Part shown: piece after piece, positions 1-9,303 of the stretch
How the letters are laid out: each line of letters starts with the position of its first letter
Numbering within the stretch: position 1 is the stretch's first letter
NCBI GenBank assembly: GCA_046484865.1
Contig: JAWOID010000082.1
Span: 1 to 64,000, forward strand
DNA from: Candidatus Krumholzibacteriia bacterium
GTDB taxonomy: Bacteria; Krumholzibacteriota; Krumholzibacteriia; LZORAL124-64-63
Direction: 5' to 3'
Length of the DNA stretch: 64,000 nt
Notes under the pieces: generated by a model
What the model was told of the DNA's origin: nothing
Database searches by the model: none
The model's input: the letters and a program-made list of their open reading frames with translations, nothing else
Made by a program: the position numbers and the translations under genes

Positions 1-1
1 G

Positions 2-196
2 CGTGATAGCAGGCAGACGCCCGGGATGCTGGTCGGATTGTGTCGCCGGCAGTTGACGGTCAGGGAGGTGGTCGGCCGGCGTCTGTTCGCGGCTCAGATC
101 GGGTTGGAGGGCCGCTGGCGTCAGTACTACTGGGGGGAGGTCAGGACGCGGGCGCTGAAGGTGAACCGGCGCCATGACTTGAAGTACGCGGTGTGA
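2..196 (+). CDS. C-terminal fragment of a transposase-like protein (IS1-like tail), 5'-truncated by the window edge
   Basis: Frame 2 is open from the edge to TGA at 194-196: RDSRQTPGMLVGLCRRQLTVREVVGRRLF...YYWGEVRTRALKVNRRHDLKYAV. TPxMxxGxxxxxLTxxE resembles the C-terminal TPAM motif of IS1-family-like transposases. Not in the ORF track because no start codon is visible. Confidence 0.45.
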   Translation, partial: RDSRQTPGMLVGLCRRQLTVREVVGRRLFAAQIGLEGRWRQYYWGEVRTRALKVNRRHDLKYAV

Positions 197-250
197 CCGG
201 GGCTGCGGACCCCGGGGAAAGAGCCGGAAACAATTTGCGTGGAATAACCC

Positions 251-1279
251 TCAGGCTGACGCGGCCGACTCAACGGCATCGCAGATCGTCCGCACCAGCT
301 CGCCGCTGGCGGGCCGGTCCAGCGTCTCGGACCGGCGTTGCAGTTCCAGCTTGCCGGCCACCTCCTCGCGCGAGCGGAGGAACACGAGTCGGCCCGCCCG
401 TTCCAGGCTCTCGTCAACCCGCCCGGTGCGCCCGCGGAAGTAGGTGTAGGAGGGCACGCCCAGGATGGCCGCCTCCCGCGTCATGGTGCCCCCGCCGCTC
501 ACCACCAGGTCCATCGCGGCGATCAGGCTCGGGCCGTCGTAGACGCGCCGCGGCACCACGAGCCGGTCGGCCGGCAACCCGTCCACCATGCCGAGCTGGT
601 CGGGACCGCGCTGCAGGAACACGATTTGCACGTCGGAGCGCGCCGCCACCTGCGCGAGGATCTCGGCCAGGATCGTCTCGGCCTCCGGGTTGTGGTAGTG
701 CGCGTGGGTGGCGGGCGGGCGCACCAGCACGTGCACGCAGGCGGGATCGAGGCCCAGGTCCTGCTGGATCGGAAGTGGCTCGAGCTCCCGGCTGTCCAGG
801 TAGAGGTGCTCCTTGTACCCGGGATACCTGCGCACGCGGGAGCGCCTGATGCCGGCTTCCCGGCATCGTTCGGGATCGACCACCGAAGGAAGCAAGATGT
901 TGCGGCAGAATAAGTTGAAGATGCGCGGATCGACCCATTCGTAATCGTACATGGTGACGCTGGGCACGCGCAGCAGCAGGGACGCCAGCGGCAGCGGCCG
1001 TGATCCGTGCCCGAACGAGACGTCGGGGGCCCAGCGGCGCATGGCGGCGGCCAGCGCCGCGGCGCGGGACAGGGTCGCGCTTACCTTGCGCCAGGTGCCG
1101 GCGCCGGAGTCGCCGCCGACCACGGTGTAGGGCAATCCGTAGAGATCCAGCAACTCGCAGGTGCCGCTGCGATTGCGAGCCGTGAAGCGGACCTCGTGCC
1201 CCCGCCGCGTGAATTCCGCGACCAGGGGGCGCATGATCAGGACATGCGGGCCGTTGTCCGCGTCCAGCCAGATCTTCAA
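251..1279 (-). CDS. DUF354 family GT-B-fold protein (UDP-GlcNAc epimerase/glycosyltransferase-like)
   Basis: N-terminal MKIWLDADNGPHV, SFGHGS, DYE and GGGTMTREAAILGVP motifs; divergent from the polysaccharide operon. Confidence 0.85.
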   Translation of the reverse strand: MKIWLDADNGPHVLIMRPLVAEFTRRGHEVRFTARNRSGTCELLDLYGLPYTVVGGDSGAGTWRKVSATLSRAAALAAAMRRWAPDVSFGHGSRPLPLASLLLRVPSVTMYDYEWVDPRIFNLFCRNILLPSVVDPERCREAGIRRSRVRRYPGYKEHLYLDSRELEPLPIQQDLGLDPACVHVLVRPPATHAHYHNPEAETILAEILAQVAARSDVQIVFLQRGPDQLGMVDGLPADRLVVPRRVYDGPSLIAAMDLVVSGGGTMTREAAILGVPSYTYFRGRTGRVDESLERAGRLVFLRSREEVAGKLELQRRSETLDRPASGELVRTICDAVESAASA

Positions 1280-1451
1280 GCGGGTCTCCTCGTCGGCGCC
1301 GTTCGGCCGGCCCCGGCCCGGTCGCAGCGCCCCGGCTTGCGCAAGAGCGGGTTTGAATTAACGTCTACGATGGTATCCGGTAGGTCCGCACGCAACCAGA
1401 CGCGACCGGGGAGGGACGGCGGCGTGATGGGGTGGTGCAGGTCGAGAAACG

Positions 1452-1480
1452 TTGACAGACGCCTCCATTCCGGCTAATAT
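1452..1480 (+). promoter_or_regulatory. sigma70-type promoter for the polysaccharide export operon
   Basis: TTGACA (1452-1457), a 17-bp spacer, then TAATAT (1475-1480), in an otherwise very GC-rich background, about 150 bp upstream of the first gene. Confidence 0.7.
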
Positions 1481-1626
1481 CATGTCCCTGCTAGCCGTGA
1501 GGTCCAGCCTACGCGCGTTGCTAAAGCGATACTTCAGCGGACCCGATAACCCGGGTGTGCCCGCAGAATGCCCGAAACGGCCTTCTGCGGCGGGACGACA
1601 GTCAACGGCAATCGCGGGTGGTCAGG

Positions 1627-2340
1627 ATGTCGGACATCTTCCAGGCGGTGAGCAGGCGCTCGCCGCTCTCTGAACCCAGGCTCGATGTCACCGTCATCGA
1701 CGCTCCCCTCCTGTTTCCCCGGCCGGATCCGGAACAGGCGGCGGAGTTCGAGAAGCTGGTGACCCGCATCCTCGAGTTCAAGAACTCGCCGGACGGGTAT
1801 GCGCTGGCGTTCGCATCGAACGTCGCGGGCGAGGGCACGAGCTTCGTGTCGTACAACGTGGCGCGATTGCTCTCGACCAGCTTCGACCGGCGCACGATCT
1901 GGGTGGACGCCAACTTCCTCTCGCCGCACCCGCGGCTCGCCAGCACGGACGGACCCACCCTCGCGTCCTATTTGATGTCGCCGGAGCGCGTCCCCGTGAC
2001 CGGCGCGGGAGAACGGCTGGGCCTGTTGCCCGGGGGAGCCAACCTGCCGACGATGCGGCCGGAACTCGCCTCGGGCCGTGGCCGGCAGGTCCTCGACGCC
2101 CTGCGTGCCGACCACGAGTTCGTGGTCGTCGACTGTCCGCCGATCCTGGATGCCGTGGAGACCTCGTGGCTCGGAACGGCCGCGGACGGGATGATCGTGG
2201 TGGTCGAGGCTCGCCGCCTCAAGTCGCAGGTCATCAGCCATGCGCTGGAGAGTCTCGCCCGGCAGCAAGTGAACGTCGTCGGCACGGTCCTGAACCGGCG
2301 GCGATTCACCCTGCCGCGCGTCGTGTACGAACGACTGTAG
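1627..2340 (+). CDS. CpsD/CapB-family (BY-kinase-like) polysaccharide regulator with degenerate Walker A
   Basis: FASNVAGEGTS (Walker A, K replaced by T), WVDAN (Walker A'), VVVDCPP (Walker B), GTVLN. Start taken at ATG 1627. Confidence 0.85.
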   Translation: MSDIFQAVSRRSPLSEPRLDVTVIDAPLLFPRPDPEQAAEFEKLVTRILEFKNSPDGYALAFASNVAGEGTSFVSYNVARLLSTSFDRRTIWVDANFLSPHPRLASTDGPTLASYLMSPERVPVTGAGERLGLLPGGANLPTMRPELASGRGRQVLDALRADHEFVVVDCPPILDAVETSWLGTAADGMIVVVEARRLKSQVISHALESLARQQVNVVGTVLNRRRFTLPRVVYERL

Positions 2341-2375
2341 ATGCATCATCCGACGACAAAGGGGCTGCTGCCGTC

Positions 2376-3131
2376 ATGCGACCACTCGCGACATCGGCGC
2401 TGGTATTTCTGACTCCGATCCTGCTCGGCGGCTGCGGCACCTCCCCGGGCCCGGCGGTCAGGGACGAGTACCTCGTGGATTTCACGCCCGAGCAGAAAGC
2501 ACAACTGCAACAGATCGAGGAGCAGGATTACGTCATCCGGCGCGGCGACGTGCTCGCGGTGCGCGACATGTTCCACGAGCAGATCGACCAGGAAGCGGTC
2601 CTCGTGCTGCCGGACGGGAGCGCCGGGCTATTCGGCATCGGTCAGGTGCGAGTGGCAGGGCTCACCCTGAACCGGCTCGGCGAGATGTTGACGGGGCTCT
2701 ACGCCCGGGAGTACCGGGATCCGCGGGTCACCGTCGCCGTTCGCGAACTCGGCTCCAACGAGGTGTTCGTCATGGGCGAGGTCGCGAGTCCGGGTTCGTA
2801 TCCGATTCCCTACGGGGGGTTCTCCGTGCTGGGCGTGATCGCCCTCGCCGGAGGCTTCGGCAGCCATGCCAATTCGGACGAGGTCGTCCTGGTCCGTATC
2901 ACCCCACAAGGTTACATGTGCCGCAAGCTGGATGTGCAGCACATCGACCGGGCAGGGACGGTGGCGGCGGCGATCACGGATCTCCAGCCATTCGACGTCG
3001 TCTACGTCCCCCGCACGGCCATCGGCGACTTCGCCGCATTCACGGAGTCTGTCTTCGGCAGCTTGCTCACCTATGGACAGCTCGCGGCGAACCTGAAGTA
3101 CGTCACGGGCGGCGAAACGTTCTGGAGGTAG
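2376..3131 (+). CDS. wza: Polysaccharide export lipoprotein (Wza/OPX family, Poly_export + SLBB domains)
   Basis: Lipobox LLGGC, then YVIRRGDVL, VLPDG, VRVAGLT, VMGEVASPG, IALAGG and LQPFDVVYVP. Confidence 0.88.
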   Translation: MRPLATSALVFLTPILLGGCGTSPGPAVRDEYLVDFTPEQKAQLQQIEEQDYVIRRGDVLAVRDMFHEQIDQEAVLVLPDGSAGLFGIGQVRVAGLTLNRLGEMLTGLYAREYRDPRVTVAVRELGSNEVFVMGEVASPGSYPIPYGGFSVLGVIALAGGFGSHANSDEVVLVRITPQGYMCRKLDVQHIDRAGTVAAAITDLQPFDVVYVPRTAIGDFAAFTESVFGSLLTYGQLAANLKYVTGGETFWR

Positions 3132-3135
3132 GGCG

Positions 3136-4536
3136 ATGACGGATTTCCTGCCAGCCCGCTCCGAGACGACCGTGCCATCGGCCTTCGGCACCCGTGACCT
3201 GGTGTACATCGTCTTCAGACGTCGCCGCTGGATCCTCGCCGTCTGGCTGCCGGTCTTCCTGGTGGGCCTCATGTTCCTGTTCCGGCAGACCGGCGGCTAT
3301 GTCGCCGGCAGCCAGGTCCTGCTCGAGTTGCAGGCTCCTCAGAACCCGAGTTTCTACGTCTCCAACCGGCTCGTGGACTACGACCTGTCGATCAGTACCT
3401 ATTCGAACCTGGCCATGAGCGTTCCGGTGGCCGAGATGGCGGCGAAGACGCTCAGCGACTCCGTGGCGGTCCTGGTCGCGGCCGATCCCGAGCTCGCCGG
3501 GATCGAGAAGCACGAACGGATGCTGGAATTCATCCTGGATAACCTCGACGTGTCGCGGGTGGCGGAGTCGAACCTGCTGGAGATCCGCTACCAGGCGGCC
3601 CATCCGGCCGTGGCGCTCGTCGTCAACCGGGCGGTGCGCGACGCCTTCCTCGAGTACGGTCTGCGGGCGGGCAAGAACGAGCGCGCCATCAGCTACTTCG
3701 AGGAACAGGTGCGGAAGACGGAGGCGGAGATCGACAGCCTCCTGCAGCTGCGGGAGCAGGTCTCGCTCGATACCGGCGTCGCCTACATCAACCAGGATTC
3801 GCGCAACATGACCGGCCTCCTGGCCGATCTGGAGGTCAAATTCTACGAGTCGGGCGCAGCGGCGGGATTCCAGGAGCAGCGCGTCGCGCACCTGCGCCGG
3901 ACCCTGGCCGACAACCCCGACTTCGTTCCCATCGGGGAAGCCGCCGGGCTCGACCGGCTCCGGGCTCGCCTGGAGGAAGAGCAGCATAACTACTACAAGA
4001 TCCTGGCCTCGCACCCGGAGAGCAGCCAGGTCGCCCGCCGGCAGGCCACGCTGGTCGAGGACCTCCGGAGTCAAGCGCGGGCTGCGGTGCAGGACTTCAT
4101 CGAGAGCAAGGAACTCGAGGGTCGCACCTTCCGCGGCAAGGCGGACGTGCTGCGGGAGCAGATGGACGAGGTGACGGCGTCGCTCTCTACCCTGCCGAAC
4201 GCTTACCGGCGCATCACGTTGCTGGACGCCCGGATCAGGGCCAAGACCGAGCTGCTCCAGGACATGCAGATCAAGAGCGGCGAGGTGACGCTCAACGAGA
4301 TGGCCGACGACCGCGTCAGCCGACTCACGAAGATCACGGAACCGGAGATCATCAGGGTCATCTCCGAGACGCGCAAGTTCGCGATCTTCGGCGTCCTGGC
4401 GGTGTTCGGATTCGCCCTGGCGCTCGTCGTCGCCACGCTCGTCGATAGCGCCGATCACCGCATCAACGACCCGAATGCCCTGCTGCGGACCGTCAAGGTC
4501 CCCGTCCTCGGGTCCATCTCGGACGCGAAGAGGTGA
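3136..4536 (+). CDS. Polysaccharide co-polymerase / chain-length determinant (Wzz/GumC/Wzc-N type)
   Basis: Two TM segments flank a long coiled-coil periplasmic region; C-terminal VPVLGSI activator peptide; directly follows wza. Confidence 0.85.
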   Translation: MTDFLPARSETTVPSAFGTRDLVYIVFRRRRWILAVWLPVFLVGLMFLFRQTGGYVAGSQVLLELQAPQNPSFYVSNRLVDYDLSISTYSNLAMSVPVAEMAAKTLSDSVAVLVAADPELAGIEKHERMLEFILDNLDVSRVAESNLLEIRYQAAHPAVALVVNRAVRDAFLEYGLRAGKNERAISYFEEQVRKTEAEIDSLLQLREQVSLDTGVAYINQDSRNMTGLLADLEVKFYESGAAAGFQEQRVAHLRRTLADNPDFVPIGEAAGLDRLRARLEEEQHNYYKILASHPESSQVARRQATLVEDLRSQARAAVQDFIESKELEGRTFRGKADVLREQMDEVTASLSTLPNAYRRITLLDARIRAKTELLQDMQIKSGEVTLNEMADDRVSRLTKITEPEIIRVISETRKFAIFGVLAVFGFALALVVATLVDSADHRINDPNALLRTVKVPVLGSISDAKR

Positions 4537-6107
4537 TCATGGTGGACCGCGCCGCTCGACCGGGCGACGGCATTGTCCGCCATCCCGCCGCCCATGCCAG
4601 CAGCAGCTGGGTGGACAGCGGGCCTCTGGTGATCCTCACCTCGCTCATGGTCTTCACCACGGCGTTCCTCGTGCTGCGCTACCTGGGGCCGCAGATGCTC
4701 CTGTGGGTGACCGGCGGCGTGGCGGCTCTCATCCTGCTCACGGGCATCTCGCTGCGCTGGATCCAGGTGGCGCTGCTGGTCTGGCTGGTCTCGCTCATGG
4801 GCTTCCGCCGGCAGATGACCCTGGTGCTCCCGGGTCTGCCGGACCCCAGCCCGGATCGGGCCCTGCTGGTCTGGGTGCTGGCGCTGCTGCTGGCGAAGCG
4901 GCTGTTCGGATCCCGCCAGGTCGTATCCCGCCAGGAGAGCGCAGCCGTGACGCCTCCTCCCGTCGCTTTCGGTCTGCTGGACGCGTTGCTGGTGCTCCAT
5001 GCGCTCTACCTGCTGGCCTCTTGCCTGCTGGTCAACCCGACCGCCTACACGATCTGGGAACGCGCGTACATGATGCCGACGGCGGCGTTTTTCATCGGCA
5101 AGTACGTGCTGAGCGACGGGCGGTGGTTCGAGCGCACCGTGCAACTGCTGGTCCTGCTGAACGTCTACATGGGATTCACCTCCATCGCCGAGCATTTCCA
5201 CTGGAACGCCCTCGTCTGGCCCCGCTGGATCCTGTCCACGGAACTGGACGTGAACTTCGAGTATGCCGGGCGCAGTCACGGCATCTTCCAGCAACCTGGT
5301 GTGCTGGGGATCTTCATCGGCATGATCCTGCCCTTCAACGTCTATCTGCATCTCAAGAGCCGTGGCTGGTGGCGCTGGCTGCACCTGGTGGGCATCGTCA
5401 TCTGTCTGGGCGGGCTCTACTTCACCTACACGCGGAGCACCTGGCTCGGTGCGGCCGTGGGTCTCGCGACGCTGGCGCTCCTCGGCCGGCGCATCTACGC
5501 GCGGAGGATCTTCGCTTACGGGCTGCTGACCGTGCTCGTGCTCGGCAGCGGTTCGCTCGGCATGAAGCAGGACACCTTCCTCCAGGAGCGGGTGGGCACG
5601 GAGAACACGATCACCGAGCGCATCAGCGTACTCGGCCGCGCCATCCGCATGTGGCAGGATCGGCCCCTCTTCGGGACGGGGTTCAAGCGCTACACGGATT
5701 TCCGAGACGATTACGCCCAGGCGATCGAGGTGCCCTACTTCGGCTTGATCAAGGCGGGGCTCGGCAGGGTGTCGTCTCCTCACGATATCTACGTCGCCAT
5801 TCTCGCGGAGGAGGGGCTCGTGGGCGCGGCCATGCAGCTCTGGATCTACATCCTGCTCGTCCGGGCGTACCGGCGCGTGTATCGCTTCCGGGGCAGCAGC
5901 ACGGATGGGAAGCGCGACTGGTGGCTGCCGGCGATCGGAGGCCTCGGCGCCTGCTACTTCATGGGTGGCGTCGGGTTCGACTACCGCTACTTCGAGACGA
6001 TGAACACGCTCTTCTATCTGTGTGGGGGCGTGATCGCGAGCTGGGCGACGTTCGGCGTGGGGCAGGTCCGGTCGTTCGGAGTCCGACGGCTGGATACGAC
6101 AGGTTGA
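4533..6107 (+). CDS. O-antigen ligase/Wzy-family polymerase
   Basis: Polytopic membrane protein with GRSHGIFQQP, TYTRSTWLG, RPLFGTG and PHDIYVAILAEEGLVG (Wzy_C signature). Confidence 0.85.
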   Translation: MIMVDRAARPGDGIVRHPAAHASSSWVDSGPLVILTSLMVFTTAFLVLRYLGPQMLLWVTGGVAALILLTGISLRWIQVALLVWLVSLMGFRRQMTLVLPGLPDPSPDRALLVWVLALLLAKRLFGSRQVVSRQESAAVTPPPVAFGLLDALLVLHALYLLASCLLVNPTAYTIWERAYMMPTAAFFIGKYVLSDGRWFERTVQLLVLLNVYMGFTSIAEHFHWNALVWPRWILSTELDVNFEYAGRSHGIFQQPGVLGIFIGMILPFNVYLHLKSRGWWRWLHLVGIVICLGGLYFTYTRSTWLGAAVGLATLALLGRRIYARRIFAYGLLTVLVLGSGSLGMKQDTFLQERVGTENTITERISVLGRAIRMWQDRPLFGTGFKRYTDFRDDYAQAIEVPYFGLIKAGLGRVSSPHDIYVAILAEEGLVGAAMQLWIYILLVRAYRRVYRFRGSSTDGKRDWWLPAIGGLGACYFMGGVGFDYRYFETMNTLFYLCGGVIASWATFGVGQVRSFGVRRLDTTG

Positions 6108-6189
6108 ATCGCGGACACCGGTGGCGGAGCGAACGCTTCCTGGTCTTCATGTCCTCCTGACCGGGTCAGAGCCGACCGGAGGGGAGCCC

Positions 6190-8244
6190 GTGAAGTATCG
6201 TCGGCATGTATGTGCGGTCCTCGTGATCCTGGCGGCGGCGGCCCTGACGGCGGCCCCGGTCCAGGCGGCGAGACTCCATGTCCGGGTCGGCGGCGTCCGT
6301 TCCGCCGGGCCGAGCGCACCGGGTATCTGGGATTTGGAGAACTGCTACGCCACCCTGGCGGCGGCGGCCCGTTCTGCCGCGCCCCTCGACTCGCTGCTGC
6401 TGTTCCCAGAGGTCCACGCCTGCGAGGAGGAGGTCGTCCTGCCGGCCTTCCTCGGCAATCGGGCCCTGGACCGGGAGCGAGCCGCCACGCAGGTGGTGCT
6501 CGCGGCGTCCGGCCGGCTGGTCCTGGCGCCGTCGGGACGGCAAGCCGGGGTCCGGGGACTCACCTTCACGGGCGGAGCGCTCCGGCCGGAAGCGGCGCTG
6601 ACGGTGGAGAACTCGCGCGAGGAGACTTCCCTCGTCGTCGTGAGCGGCTGCGAGTTCCGGGGCTTCAAGGCGGAAGGGACCGCCCAGGCCGGGGGAGGCG
6701 CCCTGCGAGCGATTGGCGCTGCCGGAGGTCTTGCGCTCGAGGTGGAAGGTTGCAGCTTCGTCGACAACGCGGCCGAAGCGCCGGGCGGGGCGGTGTTCGG
6801 AGCCGACGCGCTGGGCATCGTCTTCACCGACTGTCTGTTCGAGAACAATCAGAGCACCGGCGGTGGCGGCAGGGGCGGAGGAGTGGCCGTGCGTTCGACC
6901 GGTTACCCCGTCGGGGTGGAGTTCGTCGACTGTGTGTTCGCGGGGAACGCGTCCTCCGGCCCTGGCGGCGCCATCAGCGCCGACAACGCCACGGTGCGCC
7001 TGTTCCGTTGCAGGGTCGAGGGTTCCCGCAGCGGTGTCGGGGCCACTTCGGACTGGTCGGAGGGCGCCGGTGTCATGATCCAGCGCGAGATCGGGGGGCA
7101 GGGCCCCGCCAGCTTCACGGCGGACGAGTGCGTGTTCCGGGACAACGTGGGGGACATGCTGCCCGGTCCCGCTGGCGGCGACGGCGGCGCCGTGCTCGTC
7201 AAGGGGAGCCTCGACCGTATTGTGCAGGTGAAGATCAGCCGCTGCCATTTCCTGGAGAACTACAACGCCCAGGGCGGCGGCCTGTACGTGGGGCGGTTCG
7301 CCTACGGCCAGGTGCGGCAGTGCAGCTTCGTGGGCAACCGCGCCTGGTACCAGGGCGGTGGCGCCATGAAGGGCGGCGCCCTGCCGGCATGCCATGGCGA
7401 ACTGGTCATCTTCGACTACTGCGAGTTCGTGGACAACGAGGCGGGGTTCAAGCCGGACGGCGCGGAGACGGGCGAGTATTCCCGCGGCGGCGGTCTGATG
7501 GTGCGCAACCGGCCGCGGGCGCTGGTGCGGAACTGCACCTTCCTCGACAACCGTGTCAGCGGCATCGGCTACGCGGTCGGCGACGGCTTCGCCCACGCCC
7601 TGGAGGGCAGGTACTGGGATGTGGACAACCAGTGCATGCTCCTGAACACCGTCTTCTGGGGCGAAGGCAACGATCTCCAGGTGCACTCGGAGGGGGGCGG
7701 CATCGTCCGCGCGTCGCACCTGGCCCTCGCCGAGGGGCAGTTCGAGGCGGGCGGTCTGCAGCCGGACGAACTGAAGGTGCTCGACCGGATGCCGCTGACC
7801 GAGGACGGCCTCCGCCTGCCCGCTCCCGGATCCCCGCTGATCGACGGGGGGATCGATCTGGGCCTGGGGGTGGATCTCCGGGGGACGACCATTCCGCAGG
7901 GCAGCGCGCCGGACATCGGAGCGTGCGAGCGCGTGACCGGGACGGCCGTCCAGCTGCCGTCGCCGGCGTCCTCCGGCAGCGTGCGGACGCATCCGAATCC
8001 GTTCAATCCGCGTACCAGCATCACGGTCACGATTCCCCGGGCTGGCGAGTACCGGGTGGCGATCTACGACCTTCGCGGGCGCGCGGTGGCGGAACTTCAC
8101 GAGGGCTGGCTCGACGGCGACGGCCGCAGCTGGACCTGGGACGGCACCGACCGCGAACGACGGCAGGTGCCGGCGGGGGTGTATCTGGTGCGTCTGTCGG
8201 GCGCCGCCGGCTCCGCTCACGGCAAGCTCATGCTCGTGCGGTGA
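6190..8244 (+). CDS. Secreted right-handed beta-helix protein (GGA[ILV]/FxxN repeats) with choice-of-anchor-Q-like and C-terminal FlgD-Ig (PNPFNP) domains
   Basis: Signal peptide ending APVQA; repeated FxxN and GG[AG][LVIM]; GSPLIDGG...DLRG...PDIGACE; THPNPFNP...WDGTD...GVYLVRL. Start taken at GTG 6190. Confidence 0.8.
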   Translation: MKYRRHVCAVLVILAAAALTAAPVQAARLHVRVGGVRSAGPSAPGIWDLENCYATLAAAARSAAPLDSLLLFPEVHACEEEVVLPAFLGNRALDRERAATQVVLAASGRLVLAPSGRQAGVRGLTFTGGALRPEAALTVENSREETSLVVVSGCEFRGFKAEGTAQAGGGALRAIGAAGGLALEVEGCSFVDNAAEAPGGAVFGADALGIVFTDCLFENNQSTGGGGRGGGVAVRSTGYPVGVEFVDCVFAGNASSGPGGAISADNATVRLFRCRVEGSRSGVGATSDWSEGAGVMIQREIGGQGPASFTADECVFRDNVGDMLPGPAGGDGGAVLVKGSLDRIVQVKISRCHFLENYNAQGGGLYVGRFAYGQVRQCSFVGNRAWYQGGGAMKGGALPACHGELVIFDYCEFVDNEAGFKPDGAETGEYSRGGGLMVRNRPRALVRNCTFLDNRVSGIGYAVGDGFAHALEGRYWDVDNQCMLLNTVFWGEGNDLQVHSEGGGIVRASHLALAEGQFEAGGLQPDELKVLDRMPLTEDGLRLPAPGSPLIDGGIDLGLGVDLRGTTIPQGSAPDIGACERVTGTAVQLPSPASSGSVRTHPNPFNPRTSITVTIPRAGEYRVAIYDLRGRAVAELHEGWLDGDGRSWTWDGTDRERRQVPAGVYLVRLSGAAGSAHGKLMLVR

Positions 8245-8300
8245 CGCGGCGCACCGGTCGCGGCGCAGCAGCCGTGACGCGGGGGCGCTCGGGTGCTACT

Positions 8301-9269
8301 ATGACGCGCGCCGGGGCGGATCGTCCATCCGGGCCGCCGCCCGCCGGCGATCCTCCACCGCTGGAGACCTTCGCGATGAGATTGGCTTCGCACGGCGGCG
8401 TCAACTTCCGGGACACACAGAGACTGCGGATCCTGCGGGTGCGGAAGACCGTTTACCAGCTCCTTCGCTACCGTGCGGGCTGCCCGAAGACAGTGGGCCT
8501 GATCGTCGGCTGCCAGCGGAGCGGCACGAGCCTCCTGAGCCACATCTTCCGCCTGGACCTCGATTGCCGTACCTACGACGAGAAGAGCGTGCTGTCGAGC
8601 CGGGACACCGAGGACAATGGATTTCGCCTCGATCCCGTGCCGGAAGTGCGCGAGCGGCTCCGCGCCGACCGCGCGCCGCTGGTCGTCCTCAAGCCACTGG
8701 TCGAGTCGCAGCGTACGCGCGCGCTGCTGGACGACCTCCCCGGCTCCCGCGCCATCTGGTGCTATCGCGACTACCGTGCCGTGGCCGCTTCCAACGTGGC
8801 CTACTTCCGGCGGCATCTCAATGCGGTGCGCGACCTCGAGCCGATCGTTGCCGGCGACCCGCGCAACTGGCGCAGCGAACGGCTCTCCGTGGAGACGCGC
8901 GAGCAGGTCCGGAGCCTGTTCAGCCCCGACATGGACCTGCATGCGGCGGCGGCGCTCTTCTGGTGGGTGCGCAACCGCCTCTACTTCGAGCAGGACCTGG
9001 GCGCCGACGAACGGGTCACGCTGTGCCGCTACGAGGACCTCGTCTCGCAGCCGGCCGATGCCATGCGGTCCATCTACCGGTTCCTCGGTCGGCCCTACCC
9101 CGGCGATCGGATCGTGGGCGACGTCGTGACCACGTCCCGGCGTCGGGGCCGGGAGATCGAGCTTCCTGCGCCGATCCAGCGGCTCTGCGACGATACGCTG
9201 GCGGAGCTGGATGCCGTGAACGCCGCGGAGATCGTGGCTTCCGGGCGCGACCGGGTGCGCAGCGAATGA
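8301..9269 (+). CDS. PAPS-dependent sulfotransferase (Sulfotransfer_1/3-like)
   Basis: 5'-PSB loop IVGCQRSGTSLL, WCYRDYRAVAAS (3'-PB-like) and RYEDLV. This is the 3' end of track ORF 6210..9269; start could be 8301 or 8376. Confidence 0.8.
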   Translation: MTRAGADRPSGPPPAGDPPPLETFAMRLASHGGVNFRDTQRLRILRVRKTVYQLLRYRAGCPKTVGLIVGCQRSGTSLLSHIFRLDLDCRTYDEKSVLSSRDTEDNGFRLDPVPEVRERLRADRAPLVVLKPLVESQRTRALLDDLPGSRAIWCYRDYRAVAASNVAYFRRHLNAVRDLEPIVAGDPRNWRSERLSVETREQVRSLFSPDMDLHAAAALFWWVRNRLYFEQDLGADERVTLCRYEDLVSQPADAMRSIYRFLGRPYPGDRIVGDVVTTSRRRGREIELPAPIQRLCDDTLAELDAVNAAEIVASGRDRVRSE

Positions 9270-9303
9270 GATCGGGTGACGGTTCGCGCGGACGGCGGCC
9301 CTG

